This document shows positions 19,197-30,299 of a DNA stretch of 64,000 nt, in pieces; position 1 is the stretch's first letter; the number at the start of each line of letters is the position of its first letter. The translations under genes and the position numbers were made by a program. The notes beneath the pieces were generated by a model that did not search any database, was not told the DNA's origin, and saw only the letters and a program-made list of their open reading frames with translations. Origin of the DNA: Thermoplasmata archaeon (GTDB lineage: Archaea > Thermoplasmatota > Thermoplasmata > Lutacidiplasmatales > UBA184); contig DAHUZP010000001.1 of the NCBI GenBank assembly GCA_027306505.1, forward strand, positions 120,932 to 184,931. The letters are read 5' to 3'.

Positions 19197-20256
19197 GCTG
19201 GGGCGTCCCTCCCCTGTGCTGACGGTCCGCGGCCTGGAGCGGCGCTACCCGGGCTTCCGCTTGGGCCCGGTCGACCTCACCCTGGGGAAGGGCGAGACCC
19301 TCATGGTCCTGGGTCCCAACGGTTCGGGGAAGTCGACGCTGCTCCGGCTCCTAGCGGGACTGGAGCCCGCGGACCGCGGAGAGGTCCGGCTCGCGGGCAG
19401 GGACCTCTCCCAGGTCCCCCCCCACCGGCGCGGGATCGGGATGGTGTTCCAGGACCTTGCGCTCTTCCCGACGAAGAGCGTCTGGGACAATCTGACCTAC
19501 GGCCCTTTGGTCCAGGGATGGACCCCGCGGACGGTGGAGGCGCGAGGTGAGGAGCTGCTTCGACAGTTCCGCCTGGAGAAGCTCGCGGACCGCCGCCCTC
19601 CCGAGCTCTCCGGTGGCGAGCGGCAACGGGTCGCCCTCGCCCGAGCCCTCGCCCCGAGGCCCTCCTTGCTCCTCCTTGACGAACCGCTCTCTTCGGCGGA
19701 CCCCAGGAACGCGGGGGAGCTCCGTAGCGAGATCCAGACCTTCCTTCGGGAGGCGGACATTCCCGCGATCTACGTCACCCACGACCTCGACGAGGGATTC
19801 TTCCTGGGGCACCGCATCGCGCTCATCCAGGACGGTGCCTGGGTCCAGGAGGGCCCCTCGGACCAGGTCTTCGACCACCCCGCCAACGCCTTCGCGGCGT
19901 GGTTCCTGGGCTACAACGTCCTCCCCGACCCGGGAGCCGAAGGCGGACACGGTGTCATCGCGGTCCTGCCGAACCGGATCTCCCTCGCGCCGCCCACATC
20001 CCCCGGCGTCCTCCCCGGAGTGGTCGAGTCCTCTGGAAGGAGCGGCGCGCTCTTGCGTCTCTACGTTCGGCCCTCCACCCGCGCCGTTGGGGAGGGGGCG
20101 CCCCGCGTCGAAGTGGTCGTTCCGCGGGAGGCCCAGGCCGAGCTCCCTGGTGTGGGGGAGAAGGTTGGCCTGCTCCTGGAGGGAGCGATCCATCTCCCAG
20201 GGGACCTCCCCCCCGGCGGCTTCATGAAGGGCCCCTCCTCGGGGAAGGGCAGGTAG
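19180..20256 (+). CDS. ABC transporter ATP-binding protein with a C-terminal TOBE-like domain
   Basis: It carries Walker A GPNGSGKST, the signature LSGGERQRVALARAL, Walker B LLLLDEP and an H-loop. Confidence 0.85.
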   Translation: MPETAELGRPSPVLTVRGLERRYPGFRLGPVDLTLGKGETLMVLGPNGSGKSTLLRLLAGLEPADRGEVRLAGRDLSQVPPHRRGIGMVFQDLALFPTKSVWDNLTYGPLVQGWTPRTVEARGEELLRQFRLEKLADRRPPELSGGERQRVALARALAPRPSLLLLDEPLSSADPRNAGELRSEIQTFLREADIPAIYVTHDLDEGFFLGHRIALIQDGAWVQEGPSDQVFDHPANAFAAWFLGYNVLPDPGAEGGHGVIAVLPNRISLAPPTSPGVLPGVVESSGRSGALLRLYVRPSTRAVGEGAPRVEVVVPREAQAELPGVGEKVGLLLEGAIHLPGDLPPGGFMKGPSSGKGR

Positions 20257-20261
20257 GACCG

Positions 20262-20648
20262 ATGACCGCCGCAGATACTCCCCCAGTGCTCTTGGTCGGT
20301 GGACCGGAAGCGGAGCGAGAGCTCCTCAAGGGCTTCCTTGTCCGCAACGGTGTAGGGGTCCTCGCTTCCGTCGCGCAACCGCCGGACGCGCTCACGCATC
20401 TCACCTCTCGGCCGGATTGCACCTTGGTGCTCCTGCGGCCCGCGGAGGCGGTGCAGACCGGGGGCTGGGTCAATGAGCGAAGGACCCAAGGATTCCAGGG
20501 CCGGGTCGGGGTGATCGTGCGACCCGAAGAGATCCGCACCTACATCTCGAAGGGCCGGTGGAACGACTTCGCGCTAAAGGTCCCTGTGTCCGAGCCGGAC
20601 CTACTGGGGGCCGCCCGTTCGGCCTCGCGCTTGTCCGAGCGCATCTGA
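20262..20648 (+). CDS. Stand-alone CheY-like receiver fold lacking the acidic phospho-acceptor residues (pseudo-receiver)
   Basis: A beta-1 strand VLLVGG replaces the usual hhhDD. The beta-3 end reads TLVLLRP where the Asp57 equivalent is expected. The conserved K-P is retained (FALKVP), and the protein is 128 aa. Confidence 0.5.
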   Translation: MTAADTPPVLLVGGPEAERELLKGFLVRNGVGVLASVAQPPDALTHLTSRPDCTLVLLRPAEAVQTGGWVNERRTQGFQGRVGVIVRPEEIRTYISKGRWNDFALKVPVSEPDLLGAARSASRLSERI

Positions 20649-20687
20649 GGGCACCCTTATCTCGGTACTGCCTCCTGCGGAGGGGCG

Positions 20688-21371
20688 ATGCCTTCCCCGG
20701 TCGTGGTCGAGGGACGCGACGTCTGGAAGGTCTACGCTTCCGAGGCGGGGGACGTCCCGGCCCTCAAGGGCCTCGAGGTCGCGATCCGCAAGGGCGAGAT
20801 GGTGGCGGTCATGGGGCCTTCCGGCTGCGGGAAGACCACGTTCCTCAACTGCTTCTCCGGTCTCGACGACATCACCAAGGGCACGATCCGAATCGAGGGA
20901 AAGGACCTGCGCAACCTCTCGGACAACCAGCGCAGCGAGTACCGCGCGCTCCGCATGGGGTTCGTGTTCCAGGCCTACAATCTGCTGCCCGTGCTGACCG
21001 CCCAGGAGAACGTCGAGCTGCCGCTGCTCGTCGCGGGGGTTCCGCCCAAGGAGGCGCGACAGCGCGCGGTCCTATGGTTGAAGGAGCTCGGCCTCAAGGG
21101 CCGGGAAGAACACCGGCCGAGCGCGCTCTCCGGTGGGGAACAGCAACGCGTCACGCTGGCCCGCGCCCTCGCGAACCGGCCCGCCATCGTGTGGGCCGAC
21201 GAACCGACGGGGAACCTCGACGAGGAGAACAGCCGGGCGGTGATGGAGCTCCTGCGGGAGCTCAACCGCGAGCACCACCAGACCTTCGTCGTAGTTACCC
21301 ATGACCCGTCCGTCGCGGGGGCCTGCGACCGGACCATGAGGATGCGAGATGGCCGCATCGTCACGGACTGA
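20688..21371 (+). CDS. ABC transporter ATP-binding protein, MacB/LolD type
   Basis: It has Walker [10 protein letters not shown], a Q-loop, the signature [15 protein letters not shown], Walker [13 protein letters not shown], and the length is 227 aa. Confidence 0.85.
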   Translation: MPSPVVVEGRDVWKVYASEAGDVPALKGLEVAIRKGEMVAVMGPSGCGKTTFLNCFSGLDDITKGTIRIEGKDLRNLSDNQRSEYRALRMGFVFQAYNLLPVLTAQENVELPLLVAGVPPKEARQRAVLWLKELGLKGREEHRPSALSGGEQQRVTLARALANRPAIVWADEPTGNLDEENSRAVMELLRELNREHHQTFVVVTHDPSVAGACDRTMRMRDGRIVTD

Positions 21372-24300
21372 ACCCACGAGGTCCGGGAGGGCCCGCTCCG
21401 GGCGCTCCTCCAGCGGAACGCTCCCCGGTAAGGCCTCCGATGCCCAACGCCGGGGCCGGCTCGCGAACCAGGTCCTGCTCATCGGGACCGCCCTCGGGCT
21501 CGTGATCATCGGGACCAGCCTTTGGCTCGGCACGACCGCGGGCAGTGAGCAGGCGGTGACGGCGCTCTCCACCCTGGGGGCGGGGGACCCCGTCGTGGGC
21601 CTCCTCGTGCTCATCGTGGTCATCGTCGCCCTCTTTTCCCTAGTCCTCGGGCTCAAGGACCGCGTCATCGCGAAGATCGGACTGCGGAACGTTTCGAGGG
21701 CGCGCACCCGGACGGTGGTCCTGCTCTTCGGCCTCCTCATCGGAAGCACGATCATCTCCTCGTCCCTGGTGATCGGGGACACCGTCAACACCCTCTCGGT
21801 CCACTTCACCTACATCGCGGACGGCACCGTGGATGAAGCGGTCTGGGCACCGGCGCAGTCACTCGGCGGCCTCGGGACCTCCTCGCTCACCTACGCACCG
21901 TTCCCTTCCAGCGTGTTCACCTCGATGAATTCGAGCTTGCCGGGGAGTCCGGAGGTCTCGGGCCTCGCCCCCATGCTGCTGGGGACCGCCTCCGCCTTCG
22001 ACCTCACGCGCCAGGTCGCCCAGCCGGGTCTCACCCTCATCGGGGCGGACGCCTGGACCAGCGCGACCCTGGGCGGCTTCACCTCGGTCAATGGCTCGGC
22101 GGCCAACGGCCCGTTCTCGGGCCAGGTGCTCCTCAACCCGACCGCGGCCTCGGAGCTCTCGGCGTCGGTGGGTGACCGGATCAGCCTCAGCGGGGCGGCC
22201 GCCTCCCCCACGACCTACACCGTAGCAGGGATCGTCCGTGCGGACACACGTGGAGGTTTCCAGGACGGGGGCTTCGGCGACGTCTTCGTCAACCTCGCCG
22301 GCGCTCAAGCCCTCTCGGGCATCCCGGGCCGTGTGAACTTCATCGCGGTGACCAACGTAGGAGGGATCAGCGGAGGACCCTCCCACACCCACACCGTCTG
22401 GCCCCAGCTCAACGCGTCGCTCGCCTCGGCGGGAGGTCAGCGGTACGGCTTGACCGTCCACTCCATGCTGCAATCGGACCTGCTCTCCGCCGAGGCCAAT
22501 TCCGCCTCCCTCACTCAGCTCTTCCTCGTCCTCGGGCTCTTCTCCATCGGAGCCGGCTGCGTCCTCATCGTCGGGATCTTCGCCATGCTCGCAGAGGAGC
22601 GACGCGGAGAGATGGGGGTCGCCCGGGCGGTGGGGATGCGCCGAGGGCAGCTCATCCGGGCCTACTACTTCGAGGGCCTCGCCTACTCCGCCGGCTCCGC
22701 CCTCCTCGGGACGCTCCTGGGCGTGGTCGTGGGCTGGGGGATGATCCAGGCCTTCGCGAACGTCTTCGGTGGGGGCGGGGGCAGCGAAGCCCAGGCGATC
22801 GTGGAATCGTTCTCCTTCACCACCCGGAGCCTCGTCCTGGCCTACGCGGCGGGGTTCCTGCTCACCCTGGGGACGGTCACGGTCACCTCAGCCTACGTGA
22901 GCCGAATGAACATCGTTCGGGCGATCCGTAGCCAGCCGGAGCTCGTTGAGCGGGCCCGCTCCCAGCGCCTGCTGCTCGCCTCCGGGGTCCTCCTTGCCCT
23001 GCTGGGCGCGGCCCTCTACCACGTGGGTGCGCCCTCCGGCACGGACATGGACATCGGCTACCTCGGGGTGAGCCTCCTGCTGCTCGCGGTCGGCCTGATC
23101 GCGGCCTTCCGGCTGCCGTTGCGCTGGACCTTCTCCCTATCGGCGGTGGGGCTGCTCATCTTCTGGTCGGACCTCTCGCTGCGGAACGACCTCTTCCCGG
23201 GCCCGCACACCGGGACCATCTTCGTGTTCTTCCAGGAGGGGGTCTTCCTCATCCTCGCCGCGGTCATCCTCTATGTCTTCAACTCCGACCTCATCGTTCG
23301 GGCCCTGACCGGCCTCTCCCGGAGCGGGTCGAGGAACCTCCCGGTGGTGCGCCTCGCGTTCTCCTATCCCGCCCACCGCAAGTTCCGCTCCGCGATGACC
23401 ATCAGCATCTTCGCGATGGTCCTGTTCACGATCACCGCCATCGCGGCGATCGGCAACGGGATCTCCTCCGGGGTGTCGACCAGCATCGCTACGCAGTCCG
23501 GAGGTTACGAGTTCTACGGGGTCTCCCCGAACCCGATCACCGACATGTCCGGAACCGTCCAGCAGAACGCGACCCTGAGAGCGGACGTCTCGACGTTGGT
23601 CCCGTTGTACTCGGGAGGGGTGATGGTCAACGCACGTCCAAGCGCCCCGTGCAGCGCCACCAACATGTGCTTCGGCTACGGCGCTGCAGCGGCGCCCACC
23701 GGCCCTTCGGTCCCCACCTGGCAGAACTTCTATGGCACCAACCACTTCAACTTCACCGCGACCGCGCCGGGGTACTCCCCCTCGCAGGTCTGGCAGGCGC
23801 TCGAGTCGGACCCGAACGTCGCGGTGGTCGATGGGAGCTTCCAATCCAACATCATCTCGGAGTTCCAGGGCAACGGACATCCCGGGGTACGCGCCGGGGA
23901 CGGCATGAACCTCACGAGCCTCGCTTCGGGCTCGACCGTCACGGTCCGGGTCCTGGGCATCCTCAGCGAGCAGTCCGTCCCGGTCGTGCTCGTCAACAAC
24001 CAGACGATGGTCGAGACCCTGGGATACTCCACGCAGAACATCTTCCTCTTCACCGCTGCCCCCGGGGTTTCGGCACGGACGGTCATCCAGAACTTCCAGA
24101 CCCACTTCTTCGCCGAGGGGCTCCAGGTCTACGATTTCGCAAGCGAGCTGTCCAACGCTTTGCAGTTCACGGACGCGTTCATCAATCTCCTCGAGGTCTT
24201 CGTGGCCCTCGGCCTGATCGTCGGCATCACCTCGCTCGGGATCCTCGCCCTTAGGGCGGTGGTGGAGCGGCGCACCCAGATCGGGGTCGTCCGGGCGGTG

Positions 24301-24570
24301 GGGTTCCGGCGCTCTCAGGTGCTGGCGGTCTTCCTGACGGAGTACTCCTTCCTCGCGCTCATGGGCATCGGCATCGGAGCGGTGATGGGCCTCGTGCTCG
24401 CCTACAACCTGAACCAGGCGATCGGGGGCTTCTTCTCCTTCGCGATCCCGTGGGCGAACCTGGCCTTCGTCCTCGCCACGAGCTACGCCCTGACCCTCGT
24501 CGCGACCGGGATGCCGTCGTTCCGCGCCTCGCGCATCCCTCCTGCCGAGGCGATCCGCTACAGCGAGTGA
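21349..24570 (+). CDS. ABC transporter permease with tandem FtsX-like domains and large extracytoplasmic domains
   Basis: Two 4-TM FtsX/MacB modules are each preceded by a long soluble domain, and the ORF overlaps the upstream ATPase gene. The true start may be downstream of 21349. Confidence 0.75.
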   Translation: MAASSRTEPTRSGRARSGRSSSGTLPGKASDAQRRGRLANQVLLIGTALGLVIIGTSLWLGTTAGSEQAVTALSTLGAGDPVVGLLVLIVVIVALFSLVLGLKDRVIAKIGLRNVSRARTRTVVLLFGLLIGSTIISSSLVIGDTVNTLSVHFTYIADGTVDEAVWAPAQSLGGLGTSSLTYAPFPSSVFTSMNSSLPGSPEVSGLAPMLLGTASAFDLTRQVAQPGLTLIGADAWTSATLGGFTSVNGSAANGPFSGQVLLNPTAASELSASVGDRISLSGAAASPTTYTVAGIVRADTRGGFQDGGFGDVFVNLAGAQALSGIPGRVNFIAVTNVGGISGGPSHTHTVWPQLNASLASAGGQRYGLTVHSMLQSDLLSAEANSASLTQLFLVLGLFSIGAGCVLIVGIFAMLAEERRGEMGVARAVGMRRGQLIRAYYFEGLAYSAGSALLGTLLGVVVGWGMIQAFANVFGGGGGSEAQAIVESFSFTTRSLVLAYAAGFLLTLGTVTVTSAYVSRMNIVRAIRSQPELVERARSQRLLLASGVLLALLGAALYHVGAPSGTDMDIGYLGVSLLLLAVGLIAAFRLPLRWTFSLSAVGLLIFWSDLSLRNDLFPGPHTGTIFVFFQEGVFLILAAVILYVFNSDLIVRALTGLSRSGSRNLPVVRLAFSYPAHRKFRSAMTISIFAMVLFTITAIAAIGNGISSGVSTSIATQSGGYEFYGVSPNPITDMSGTVQQNATLRADVSTLVPLYSGGVMVNARPSAPCSATNMCFGYGAAAAPTGPSVPTWQNFYGTNHFNFTATAPGYSPSQVWQALESDPNVAVVDGSFQSNIISEFQGNGHPGVRAGDGMNLTSLASGSTVTVRVLGILSEQSVPVVLVNNQTMVETLGYSTQNIFLFTAAPGVSARTVIQNFQTHFFAEGLQVYDFASELSNALQFTDAFINLLEVFVALGLIVGITSLGILALRAVVERRTQIGVVRAVGFRRSQVLAVFLTEYSFLALMGIGIGAVMGLVLAYNLNQAIGGFFSFAIPWANLAFVLATSYALTLVATGMPSFRASRIPPAEAIRYSE

Positions 24571-24666
24571 GCTTCCGCGCGGTCACTGGACGCCGGTCAA
24601 GGGAGCGAGCTCCGCTCCCATCTCCGAGCCTAGCGTAGAGGGCGCCGACAAGGCGATCTCGAGCGA

Positions 24667-25615
24667 CTAGAGGTCCCGAGCGCTGGAGAAGGCGACCGCG
24701 ATGCAGACGAGCGTCGCCAACCCGTAGAGAGAGTAGATGGTCCCGATGATGAGCGTGCCAGCGACGAAGGAGGTCCCGACCACCGCGACCGGGGAAGGGG
24801 CGATCCATAGCGCCCCGAGGAGCGTGGAGACGCGTCCGAAGGCGCCTCGAGGGATGCGGGATGGCAGGAAGGTCCGCCAGGGCACGAGGTTGGTCTCCTG
24901 GGAGGCCCCTATCCCGAGGGCGACCAGCAGGGCTAGCCACCAGAGATGGAGGAGGCCGAGCGCGAAGATGCCGATCCCTTGGCCGACGAGCCCCAGCGGA
25001 ATGAGCCGACCCGCCCGGATCCTGCGCGCCCAGTGACCCACCGCAAGGCCGCCGCCGATCGAGCCCAGGGCGAAGCACGAATTGCACAGGCCGTAGGGCG
25101 CGGTTCCGCCGCCGAGGTCGCGCTGGATGTACGGGGCGTAGAGTCCCTGAAGACCCATCGCGAATAAGCTCGCGAGGGAGCCGAGCAAGGCGAGCCGGAG
25201 CAGCAGCCGGTCCTCCCGAAGGCACCGCGCTCCCTCTTGGAGGTCCCGCAGGAGGGACCGGGACCCTCGGGGCGACCCCTCGCTCCCGGCACCCCGTGGG
25301 GGCGTCCCCGCTGCTCTGGGGAGGAGCGCGATGAGGAGGAGCGGAAGGAGGAAGGAGATCGCATCGTACTCGGAGGGGACCTCGGACCCCAGCAACGCCA
25401 CGGGGAGCCCTCCAACGCCCGAGCTCAGGATGGAGTTCGCGGACGCGGAGGAGCGATCATGTCGTCGTCAGCACGAACCAGATGGCCGCGAGGTTGAACA
25501 CGACGTCGCCGGAGAAGGACGACATACGGTCGATCCACAGGACGAGGAACCGTGGGTTCCGACCGACCGTGGCATAGGAACCGACCCGAGCGGGTGTGGA
25601 GGAGGGTGCGGACAT
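24667..25615 (-). pseudogene. MFS transporter disrupted by a frameshift, with central TM helices apparently missing
   Basis: An MFS-like N-terminus (MSAP...RNPRFLVLWIDRMSSFSGDVVFNLAAIWFVLTTT) is encoded at 25615-25457 and ends in TGA. The MFS-like continuation (SSGVGGLPVALLGS...) lies in the +1 frame and runs to 24667. The combined length of about 316 aa is too short for a 12-TM transporter. Confidence 0.4.
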
Positions 25616-25980
25616 GGGATGGCAACGCTCGCCCCAGGCTTTTCGGGATGAGGAATCGACCGGAGGGTTGCTCGACGCATCGCTCGCTCGTGCCCGGTAC
25701 CAAGATCGAGCGTTCCGAGAGCTCCCTGAGGAGGGGCTTCTGCCTCCCTGGCCGTGCTAGCGGAGGACCGGACCACTCGAGGTTGGGTGGGATGGGGAGC
25801 ATGCGAGCCGCACAAATACTCCGGTTTCCATGGATAGGACAACCGGCGGCGGGGACCTCCCGCCGAGGACGACACGGGAGGGGTGCTTCCCCGTTCGGCA
25901 AGGGGGGCGCGCCTCCACCCTATCCGCCTTAAGTAGCACCCTCTTACCGTTCCAAGACGCCGCGTCGCCCATCGGAGTCC

Positions 25981-28911
25981 ATGCCAAAACGGAAGTCCCC
26001 TCCCCGAACGCTCCCCGCTGCACCGGACGGTCAGGTGGAGGGCTCGTGGCCGGGGTCCTCCGACGGTAGGGGGGCCTCCTCCCGCTCCGCAACCTCGGCC
26101 CAGAGCGCCTCTGCCCCCGCGGAGGAGACCTCCTCGAGGCGCCGCGCCCAGATGACCGTCCCCACCGTGGTCGACATGCGGAAGGCGCGGGAGGAGGCGC
26201 TCTTCCAGCTTCGGCTCGGCCGCCAGTCCCTCGCCTTCGGGTTCCTGGTCGGTCTGCTCCTGGTCGTCGATGCCGCCATCGCGCTCTTCGTGGGCACTTC
26301 CTCGCTCTCCTCGGTAGGCACGGTCGGTGCCTTCCTCCAGTCCGTCATCAACAACCAGCTCGCGCTCGCCCTACCCCTCGCGGCGGGGCTCTTCCTCTCC
26401 ATCGCGGTCTTCCTGGAGAAGTACGACACCTACGGGTTCTGGCCGTTCGAGGACCACTTCGCGATCACGATCGCCTCCCTCGCCCTCTCCGTCGCCCTCG
26501 CGGTGATCTACGCCCTCCACCTCGTCAACCGCGGTCCGGACATCCTCAAGACCCTCTCCTGGACCGTCTACGTGCTGGTCTTGATCGCCATCTCCCTCGG
26601 GATGGTCTCCCTGGGCACGACCTGGAGAGGGTGGCCCTGGCGGAAGGTCGCGAGCCTGGTGTTCGCGGTGCTGCCTCCGGTCCTCGCGGTGCCGCTCCAG
26701 TACTCCCTTGCTTCGCTCAACAGCCTCGGGGCCCCCGGCGGTTATGGGGCGTTGAACCTCTCGCTGTCCATCAGCTTCGGCTTCGCAGCCTTCCTCTACA
26801 TCGCGAGCGGTGCTCAGCTGCACCTCATGGCGAGCGCGACGCGCGCGCAGGAGCGCGAGGTGGTCGCCGGTAGCCACGAGAAGCTCTTCGCCCTCGCCCA
26901 GGAGCTCAGCACCCGGAACGAGGCCGCCATCTTCCGGGAGGAGGCGCTCTCCCGCCGCGAGGCCGACGTGGAGGCCCAGGAAGGGACCCTCGTGGAGCGG
27001 GCCCGTTTCCTCGAGGACCGCCGCCAGGAGCTCGAGACCCTGGACCGGCACCTCCGCACGAAGGGGGACGAGGTCGGTGGGCGCGAGCAAGCCCTGCTAC
27101 CCCGTGCCGCCGAGGTCACCGCGGCCGAGGCCTCCCTGAAGGAGCGGAACGCCCAGGTCACGGCCCGGGAGCATGAGATGCAAGCCGGCTTCCAACGGCT
27201 GGGGGACCGGGAGAGGAACCTGCTCGAGCGCGAGCAAGCGACCCGTCAGAAGGAGCTCGAGCTCCAGAACCGGGTGGCCGAGGTCGCCCGCTCGGAGGCC
27301 CAGGCGCGCGCGGTGGAGCAGAGCGCCCAGCAGCGTCTCGCTGAAGCTCAGCAACGCTTTGCCGCGGCGACGGGCCGAGAGGCCGAGATCCGTGCCCGGG
27401 AGTCCAGCATGCAGCTCCCGCCCGATGCGAGGGCTCGTGTCCAGACGAAGGAGGCCGAGATCGCACGGCGCGAGGCCACGATCGAGTCCCAGCGGGCGGA
27501 GATCCAGGACCGGATCGGAGCGGCCTCCGTCAAGGAGCAGGCAGCGGAGCGTCGCCGCGTCGAGCTCCAGCAGGTCGCCTCGACCATCCTGGAGCGGGAG
27601 AAGAACCTCGCCTCCCGAGAGGCCGCCCTCACGGCGAAGGAGAAGCAGTACGAGATCGAGCTCGACCTCCTCAAGGGTGCGACGAAGCGCCACGAGGACG
27701 AGATCCGAAAGTACTTCGACGCGACCAAGAAGAGCACGCTGGTCGAGAGCCAGTCGAGCCTCATGATGAGCCAGCTCAAGGAAAAGGAGACGGGGGTCTC
27801 CGTCCGGGAGCAGAAGGTCCAGGAGCGGGAGCGCGAGATCCAGGGACGGAGGGAGGAGCTCGAGCGCCAGACCCAGGAGGTCACCGCTCAGCGGCGGTCC
27901 GCGGAGGCCCAGTTGGCGGACCTTCGCATGCGCAGCACCCGGCTGGAAGAGGCGGCGGCCCGCCTCGCCCCGAGCCGCAGCGAGGCCGACGCCACCCTCA
28001 CCCGGGCCCTGCAGGACCGGGAGAAGGCGATCGAGCTACGCGAACGCCAGCTGGCCGATCGGGAGCAGAAGGTCCGTTCGATGCAGTACGAGCGGGACCG
28101 CCAGGCGACCGCGGGAGCGGTCGCACAGGAAGAGGCGGGATCGCTCACGGGGGTCGGTCCGACCCCCTCGCTCCGGCGCCCCGGGAAGGTCTCGACCGGG
28201 ACCCCCCGCTTGGACGACCTGCTCCTGGGGGGCTTCCCCGAGAAGGGACATGTCGGGTTCGTGGGACCGGCCTTCGTGGGGAAGGAGGTCGCGATCTACG
28301 CCTTCCTCGCCGAAGGGCTTCGCAAGGGGGAGGGCGCGCTGGTCATCGCCGCGAGCCGGTCTCCCTCCGAGACCGCCCGCGAGATGGGCGTCGTGATCCC
28401 TTCGCTCATGGAGTACGAGGGCGCTGGGCGTCTCATCTGGATCGATGCCTCCAACCCGGCGGGCGTACCGGCAGGCGATGCCCGTAGCAAGGCCGGGACC
28501 ACCGTCAAGGGTCCGGGGGACCTCGTCGGCATCCTCCAGGCGGTGAGCCGCCACTCTGCCGAGCTTGAGAAGACGAGGGCCGGCTTCCGGGTGGCGTTCC
28601 TCTCCCTCTCCTCGTGCATCACCCAGACGGACGAGCGGGGTGGCGCAGCCTTCGTCCAGAACATCCTGGGCATCCTCCGCCCCAAGGGGAGCCTAGGGGC
28701 CTACAGCATCGATCGGGGCATGCACAGCGACCAGCAGGCCCAGGCGATCATCTCGCAGATGGACGGGGCCGTCGAGTTCCGCACGGAGCGGGGAAAGACC
28801 CAGCTCCAGGTCGTGGGGCTGGGAGAGGTCCAGGCACGCCAGTGGGTGGACTACCGGTTCACGCAGCGCGCGCTCTCGCTCGGGAGCTTCACGCTCGAGA
28901 GGATCCGTTAG
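25981..28911 (+). CDS. Membrane protein with about 8 N-terminal TM helices, a ~400-aa coiled coil and a C-terminal KaiC/RecA-like domain with a degenerate P-loop
   Basis: Hydrophobic helices lie at the N-terminus. A long heptad-like Glu/Arg/Ala/Gln segment follows (REEALSRREADVEAQEG...). The C-terminus reads GTPRLDDLLLGGFPEKGHVGFVGPAFVGKEVAIYAF, with GxxxxGKE instead of GKS/T. A better start may be the ATG near 26152. Confidence 0.6.
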   Translation: MPKRKSPPRTLPAAPDGQVEGSWPGSSDGRGASSRSATSAQSASAPAEETSSRRRAQMTVPTVVDMRKAREEALFQLRLGRQSLAFGFLVGLLLVVDAAIALFVGTSSLSSVGTVGAFLQSVINNQLALALPLAAGLFLSIAVFLEKYDTYGFWPFEDHFAITIASLALSVALAVIYALHLVNRGPDILKTLSWTVYVLVLIAISLGMVSLGTTWRGWPWRKVASLVFAVLPPVLAVPLQYSLASLNSLGAPGGYGALNLSLSISFGFAAFLYIASGAQLHLMASATRAQEREVVAGSHEKLFALAQELSTRNEAAIFREEALSRREADVEAQEGTLVERARFLEDRRQELETLDRHLRTKGDEVGGREQALLPRAAEVTAAEASLKERNAQVTAREHEMQAGFQRLGDRERNLLEREQATRQKELELQNRVAEVARSEAQARAVEQSAQQRLAEAQQRFAAATGREAEIRARESSMQLPPDARARVQTKEAEIARREATIESQRAEIQDRIGAASVKEQAAERRRVELQQVASTILEREKNLASREAALTAKEKQYEIELDLLKGATKRHEDEIRKYFDATKKSTLVESQSSLMMSQLKEKETGVSVREQKVQEREREIQGRREELERQTQEVTAQRRSAEAQLADLRMRSTRLEEAAARLAPSRSEADATLTRALQDREKAIELRERQLADREQKVRSMQYERDRQATAGAVAQEEAGSLTGVGPTPSLRRPGKVSTGTPRLDDLLLGGFPEKGHVGFVGPAFVGKEVAIYAFLAEGLRKGEGALVIAASRSPSETAREMGVVIPSLMEYEGAGRLIWIDASNPAGVPAGDARSKAGTTVKGPGDLVGILQAVSRHSAELEKTRAGFRVAFLSLSSCITQTDERGGAAFVQNILGILRPKGSLGAYSIDRGMHSDQQAQAIISQMDGAVEFRTERGKTQLQVVGLGEVQARQWVDYRFTQRALSLGSFTLERIR

Positions 28912-28995
28912 GGTCCCCCTGTACCCGCCTCGGCGACGCAGGGGAACCTCATCTCCTCCTCGGGACCCACCCCTTCTGACGGGAGGGAGCGGTCG

Positions 28996-29712
28996 ATGGG
29001 GGAGGAGCTACAGGACGTGGCCACGACCCCTTCGGGAGCCTCCGTGACCTCCGCGCCCGCCTTGGCGGGGCGGCTCCACGACCTGTGGAGCTTCGTCCGC
29101 CCGTGGGTCCCCTTCCTCGCGGTCTTCCTCCTCCTCTCCCTGGGCTGGGGCGCGATGGCCACGCGGTTCGCGGAAGGCGCGGGTCAGCCGCTCTCGGCCG
29201 CGACCGGACCCACCCAGGGCGAGTACATTGACGCGTTCTGGCACCTGGGCACGGGGTTCCTTCTCGCGCTTCCGACCAGGGACCGACGGCTCCTCCTCAT
29301 CACCCCATGCATGTCGCTGGGGCTGGACGCGGACCACGTCTTCGGACTGTTCCTGCCCAGCGCGGTCCCCCGACCGGACCATTCGCTGCTCTTCGCTCTC
29401 CTCGCGGCCGCGGTCGCCTACGCGTGGAAGGGGCCCCTCGCCCGGGGCGCGACGATCGCCGCGATCTTCACCCACTTCGCGGTCGACGGCGGCACCTTCC
29501 CGTTCCTGGACCCCCTCACCTTCGCCCGATGGCCGCTCAGCATCCCGGCGTCCGCGGCCCTCCTCCTCGGCTGCGGCACGCTCCTCCTCCTTCTCCAAGG
29601 CACGCCCCGCGGCTGGAGGGACACCCGGGCATGGGTCGAGCTGGCGGTCATCGTCGCCGCCCTCACCGGGTTCCTGGTCTGGATAGGCCCGGTCTCGTGG
29701 CTGCGGACGTAG
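28996..29712 (+). CDS. Membrane-bound metal-dependent hydrolase-like protein (DUF457/YdjM-like)
   Basis: It is a polytopic membrane protein with His/Asp-rich loops (LGLDADHVFG, FTHFAVDGG). Confidence 0.45.
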   Translation: MGEELQDVATTPSGASVTSAPALAGRLHDLWSFVRPWVPFLAVFLLLSLGWGAMATRFAEGAGQPLSAATGPTQGEYIDAFWHLGTGFLLALPTRDRRLLLITPCMSLGLDADHVFGLFLPSAVPRPDHSLLFALLAAAVAYAWKGPLARGATIAAIFTHFAVDGGTFPFLDPLTFARWPLSIPASAALLLGCGTLLLLLQGTPRGWRDTRAWVELAVIVAALTGFLVWIGPVSWLRT

Positions 29713-29940
29713 CGTCCCAATACGACAGACCCCCGGCCCATGGCGGCGGGGTCCTCGTGAAGGGACCACTAGGGGAGCGGGACCGGCCGATCTGGCCGGG
29801 AAGCGGCGTTGCATGCCCCAGGCCCCCGGAGAGGCCCGCGGTCAAGGGCCCCGCAGGGCGAGAGCGGCAGGCGGGGATGCCCAATCGCCCTCGCCCCTCG
29901 AGGTAACCCTTAAGAACGAAACGGAAGTGACATGCCGCAC

Positions 29941-30174
29941 ATGGGCAACATCCGCCAGACCTACATCAAGCGCGTCGCCATCGAGCTCGTCAAGCTCCAC
30001 CCCGACGCGTTCTCGGCGGACTACAAGCACAACCACGTGAAGGTGCTGGAGCTCACGGACCTGGTCGAGAAGGGGCCCACCGGCACCGACCGGGTGAAGT
30101 TCAAGAAGCTCGCCAACCGGATCGCCGGTTACGTCACCTGCTACTACAAGCGCCAGAAGCGCGCGGTCGCCTGA
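29941..30174 (+). CDS. rps17e: 30S ribosomal protein S17e
   Basis: It reads MGNIRQTYIKRVAIELV...KKLANRIAGYVT. The start is placed at the second ATG. Confidence 0.85.
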   Translation: MGNIRQTYIKRVAIELVKLHPDAFSADYKHNHVKVLELTDLVEKGPTGTDRVKFKKLANRIAGYVTCYYKRQKRAVA

Positions 30175-30299
30175 GAGGTGACCCCGCCGAGCGCGGGGTA
30201 GTCGGCGCGGACTTCGCGAGCGAAGAGCGGGAGAAGGTCCCTCCCACGAGGGGGACCACCCGAAGCTGAGGTGGGCCTAACGTGGGGAGCGGCTCTCGC

